Shown one piece after another: positions 62,641-64,000 of a DNA stretch of 64,000 nucleotides. The notes under the pieces are model-generated. The model was not told where the DNA came from. It saw nothing but the letters and a program-made list of their open reading frames with translations, and ran no database searches. The stretch comes from Clostridium sp. CAG:710. Lineage in GTDB: Bacteria; Bacillota_I; Bacilli_A; RF39; UBA660. Position numbers and translations under genes: made by a program. Within the stretch, counting starts at the first letter, position 1; every line of letters starts with the position of its first letter. The stretch covers positions 65,241 to 129,240 of the forward strand of contig HF996868.1 in the NCBI GenBank assembly GCA_000432595.1, in the 5' to 3' direction.

Positions 62641-62672
62641 AATAAAAATACCACAGATTTCTCTGTGGTATT
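62641..62672 (-). terminator. Rho-independent terminator after rplL
   Basis: The minus strand reads ATACCACAG-AGAAAT-CTGTGGTAT followed by TTTTTATTT. Confidence 0.85.
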
Positions 62673-62696
62673 TAACATTAAATACTTGTAATACAA

Positions 62697-63065
62697 TTAT
62701 TTAACTTCAACTTCAGCTCCAGCTTCTTCAAGCTTAGCTTTGATTTCGTTAGCTTCATCAACTGAAATGTTTTCTTTAACAGCTCCACCATTATCAGCTA
62801 TATCTTTTGACTCTTTTAATCCTAATCCTGTAATTTCTTTAATTACTTTGATTACGTTGATTTTAGCAGCTCCAGCGTTTACTAATGTTACAGTAACAAC
62901 GCTTGGTCCAGCAGCTTCTTCTGCAGCAGCAGCTGGTGCAGCAACTGCTACACTACTTGGATCTACACCAAATTCCTCTTTCATTGCGTCTACTAATTCT
63001 TTAATTTCTAAAAGTGTCATTTCTTTTAAACTTTCGATAAAGCTTTCTTTTGTTAATTTTGCCAT
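62697..63065 (-). CDS. rplL: 50S ribosomal protein L7/L12
   Basis: MAKLTKESFIESLKEMTLLEIKELVDAMKEEFGV, an Ala-rich hinge, and a C-terminal KLEEAGAEVEVK. Confidence 0.98.
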   Translation of the reverse strand: MAKLTKESFIESLKEMTLLEIKELVDAMKEEFGVDPSSVAVAAPAAAAEEAAGPSVVTVTLVNAGAAKINVIKVIKEITGLGLKESKDIADNGGAVKENISVDEANEIKAKLEEAGAEVEVK

Positions 63066-63095
63066 TTTATATTTCCTCCTTATTTATATTTATTT

Positions 63096-63590
63096 TTAAT
63101 TTTCTTCTTTTTGTTTAGCATATAAATCTAAACAGATTGATAAATCTTTTGCGATAGCTATCATACCACCAGCAAGCATTGTTAATAATCCTTCTCTTGA
63201 TGGGATAGTTGCTAGTTGTGCTAATTTTTCTTTATCAGAAATTTCTCCATCAACTACACCAACTTTTAATATGATTGCATCATTTTTCTTTGCAAATTCG
63301 CTTAGTATCTTAATAGGTGCAATTTGATCAGTACCATATGCTAATGCACTTGGTCCAACTAGACTTGCATCTATGTCGATATTTAAATCAGATAGAGCTC
63401 TTGCCATTAAAGTGTTTTTATATACTTTATAGTCAGCTCCAGCTTCACGTAATGCTTTTCTTAATTCTTTTGCTTCGTTATCAGTGATTCCACGATAATC
63501 AAACAATACTATAGTAGCATTATCTTGAACTTTTGATTTAATCTCATCAATTACTTCTTGCTTCTTTGCTAAGATTTTCTCATTTGCCAA
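63096..63590 (-). CDS. rplJ: 50S ribosomal protein L10
   Basis: The likely start is TTG at 63590 (MANEKILAKKQEV), 8 nt after GGAGG. The GTG at 63599 abuts the RBS. Confidence 0.95.
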   Translation of the reverse strand: MANEKILAKKQEVIDEIKSKVQDNATIVLFDYRGITDNEAKELRKALREAGADYKVYKNTLMARALSDLNIDIDASLVGPSALAYGTDQIAPIKILSEFAKKNDAIILKVGVVDGEISDKEKLAQLATIPSREGLLTMLAGGMIAIAKDLSICLDLYAKQKEEN

Positions 63591-63599
63591 AGTACACAC

Positions 63600-63755
63600 C
63601 TCCTATTTTATTTTAGAGGTACCATAATAAAAGGTCTTTACATCATAGACATAAAGACCTCATTAAACCGTAAAGTTAAGTCCTCGGTAGGATTTACTTT
63701 TATACCTACTGTCTATGGCACCAACAAATCAATTTGTATTATATATTATCTTTTA
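63600..63755 (-). promoter_or_regulatory. L10 (rplJ) leader with terminator/attenuator hairpin
   Basis: This is the 156-nt untranslated spacer between rplA and rplJ. The minus strand contains AGGTCTTTA-TGTCTATGATG-TAAAGACCT followed by TTTTATTAT (63624-63660), preceded by further pairing-capable sequence. This fits the Firmicute L10-leader attenuation architecture. Confidence 0.6.
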
Positions 63756-64000
63756 CTATTTGTCAAAAGAATTTGTAATTATTTTAATTCCAGGACCCAT
63801 AGTAGTTGCGATTGAAATATTCTTAATATAATCACCTTTTACTGTTGAAGGTTTAGCTTTTATTAATACAGCCATAAATGCTTCTAAGTTCTCTAAAAGA
63901 GCTTTTTCTTCAAAATCAGTATTTCCGATTATACCATGAATATTACCAAAACTATCTGTTCTATATTCAACACGTCCAGCTTTTACTTCTTTAACTGCTT
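63756..64000 (-). CDS. rplA: 50S ribosomal protein L1, C-terminal part (gene runs off right edge)
   Basis: Reverse-complement translation gives ...AVKEVKAGRVEYRTDSFGNIHGIIGNTDFEEKALLENLEAFMAVLIKAKPSTVKGDYIKNISIATTMGPGIKIITNSFDK followed by a stop. Confidence 0.9.
   Translation of the reverse strand, partial: AVKEVKAGRVEYRTDSFGNIHGIIGNTDFEEKALLENLEAFMAVLIKAKPSTVKGDYIKNISIATTMGPGIKIITNSFDK

Noticed and set aside
62598-62696. 33-codon N-terminal extension of the Cys-rich ORF up to the rplL stop
   Set aside because: The extension reads straight through the rplL terminator hairpin (62641-62672). An internal ATG at 62597 has its own RBS.
62740-63099. 119-aa plus-strand ORF covering rplL
   Set aside because: It is a shadow ORF antisense to an unambiguous L7/L12 gene. 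Its Ala/Ser-rich composition simply mirrors the GCN-rich hinge, and it has no RBS.
1-64000. Alternative genetic code (TGA as Trp, as in Mollicutes), prompted by the very low GC content and the Mollicutes-like tmRNA tag
   Set aside because: All long conserved genes (rpoB, rpoC, fusA, secY) are intact under the standard code, Trp positions use TGG, and at least one gene (the methyltransferase at 60101) ends in TGA.

Overview
This is a low-GC (roughly 28-30% by eye) Bacillota-type chromosome segment that uses the standard genetic code. Almost everything is on the minus strand. The backbone is the classical translation/transcription super-cluster, read right to left: rplA(partial)-L10 leader-rplJ-rplL, a 3-gene insertion, a ybxB-like methyltransferase, rpoB-rpoC, rpsL-rpsG-fusA-tuf, then (after an accessory block) the complete S10-spc-alpha operons rpsJ...rplQ. 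The secG-rnr-smpB-ssrA(tmRNA) block is also present. Several accessory blocks sit between these conserved pieces. (1) An antitoxin-like ORF and a Fic toxin lie directly upstream of pcrA. (2) A NitT/TauT-type ABC importer lies next to a catalytically degenerate GDPD-like gene. (3) A translationally coupled envelope operon ends in a zinc-ribbon-fused PrsW-type intramembrane protease, divergent from a 577-aa dual-HTH regulator. (4) A putative thioester-domain adhesin has a decapitated sorting signal. (5) helD. (6) A ctpA envelope operon. (7) cdaA-cdaR. (8) A murD copy outside any dcw context is overlapped by a PP-loop-like 448-aa gene, a possible MurD2/MurL-type D-Glu route. (9) Two tandem paralogous anthrax-lethal-factor-like (M34/PPEP-like) metalloproteases sit next to a FemAB-family gene. 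(10) Three orphan genes (two distant paralogs plus a Cys-rich protein), two of them with their own consensus promoter, are wedged between rplL and the rpoB-proximal methyltransferase. No CRISPR array, IS element, prophage, tRNA or rRNA was seen. None of the candidate novel systems can be proven from sequence alone. The best candidates are the rplL-rpoB insertion, the zinc-ribbon/PrsW module, the murD/PP-loop pair and the tandem M34 proteases.
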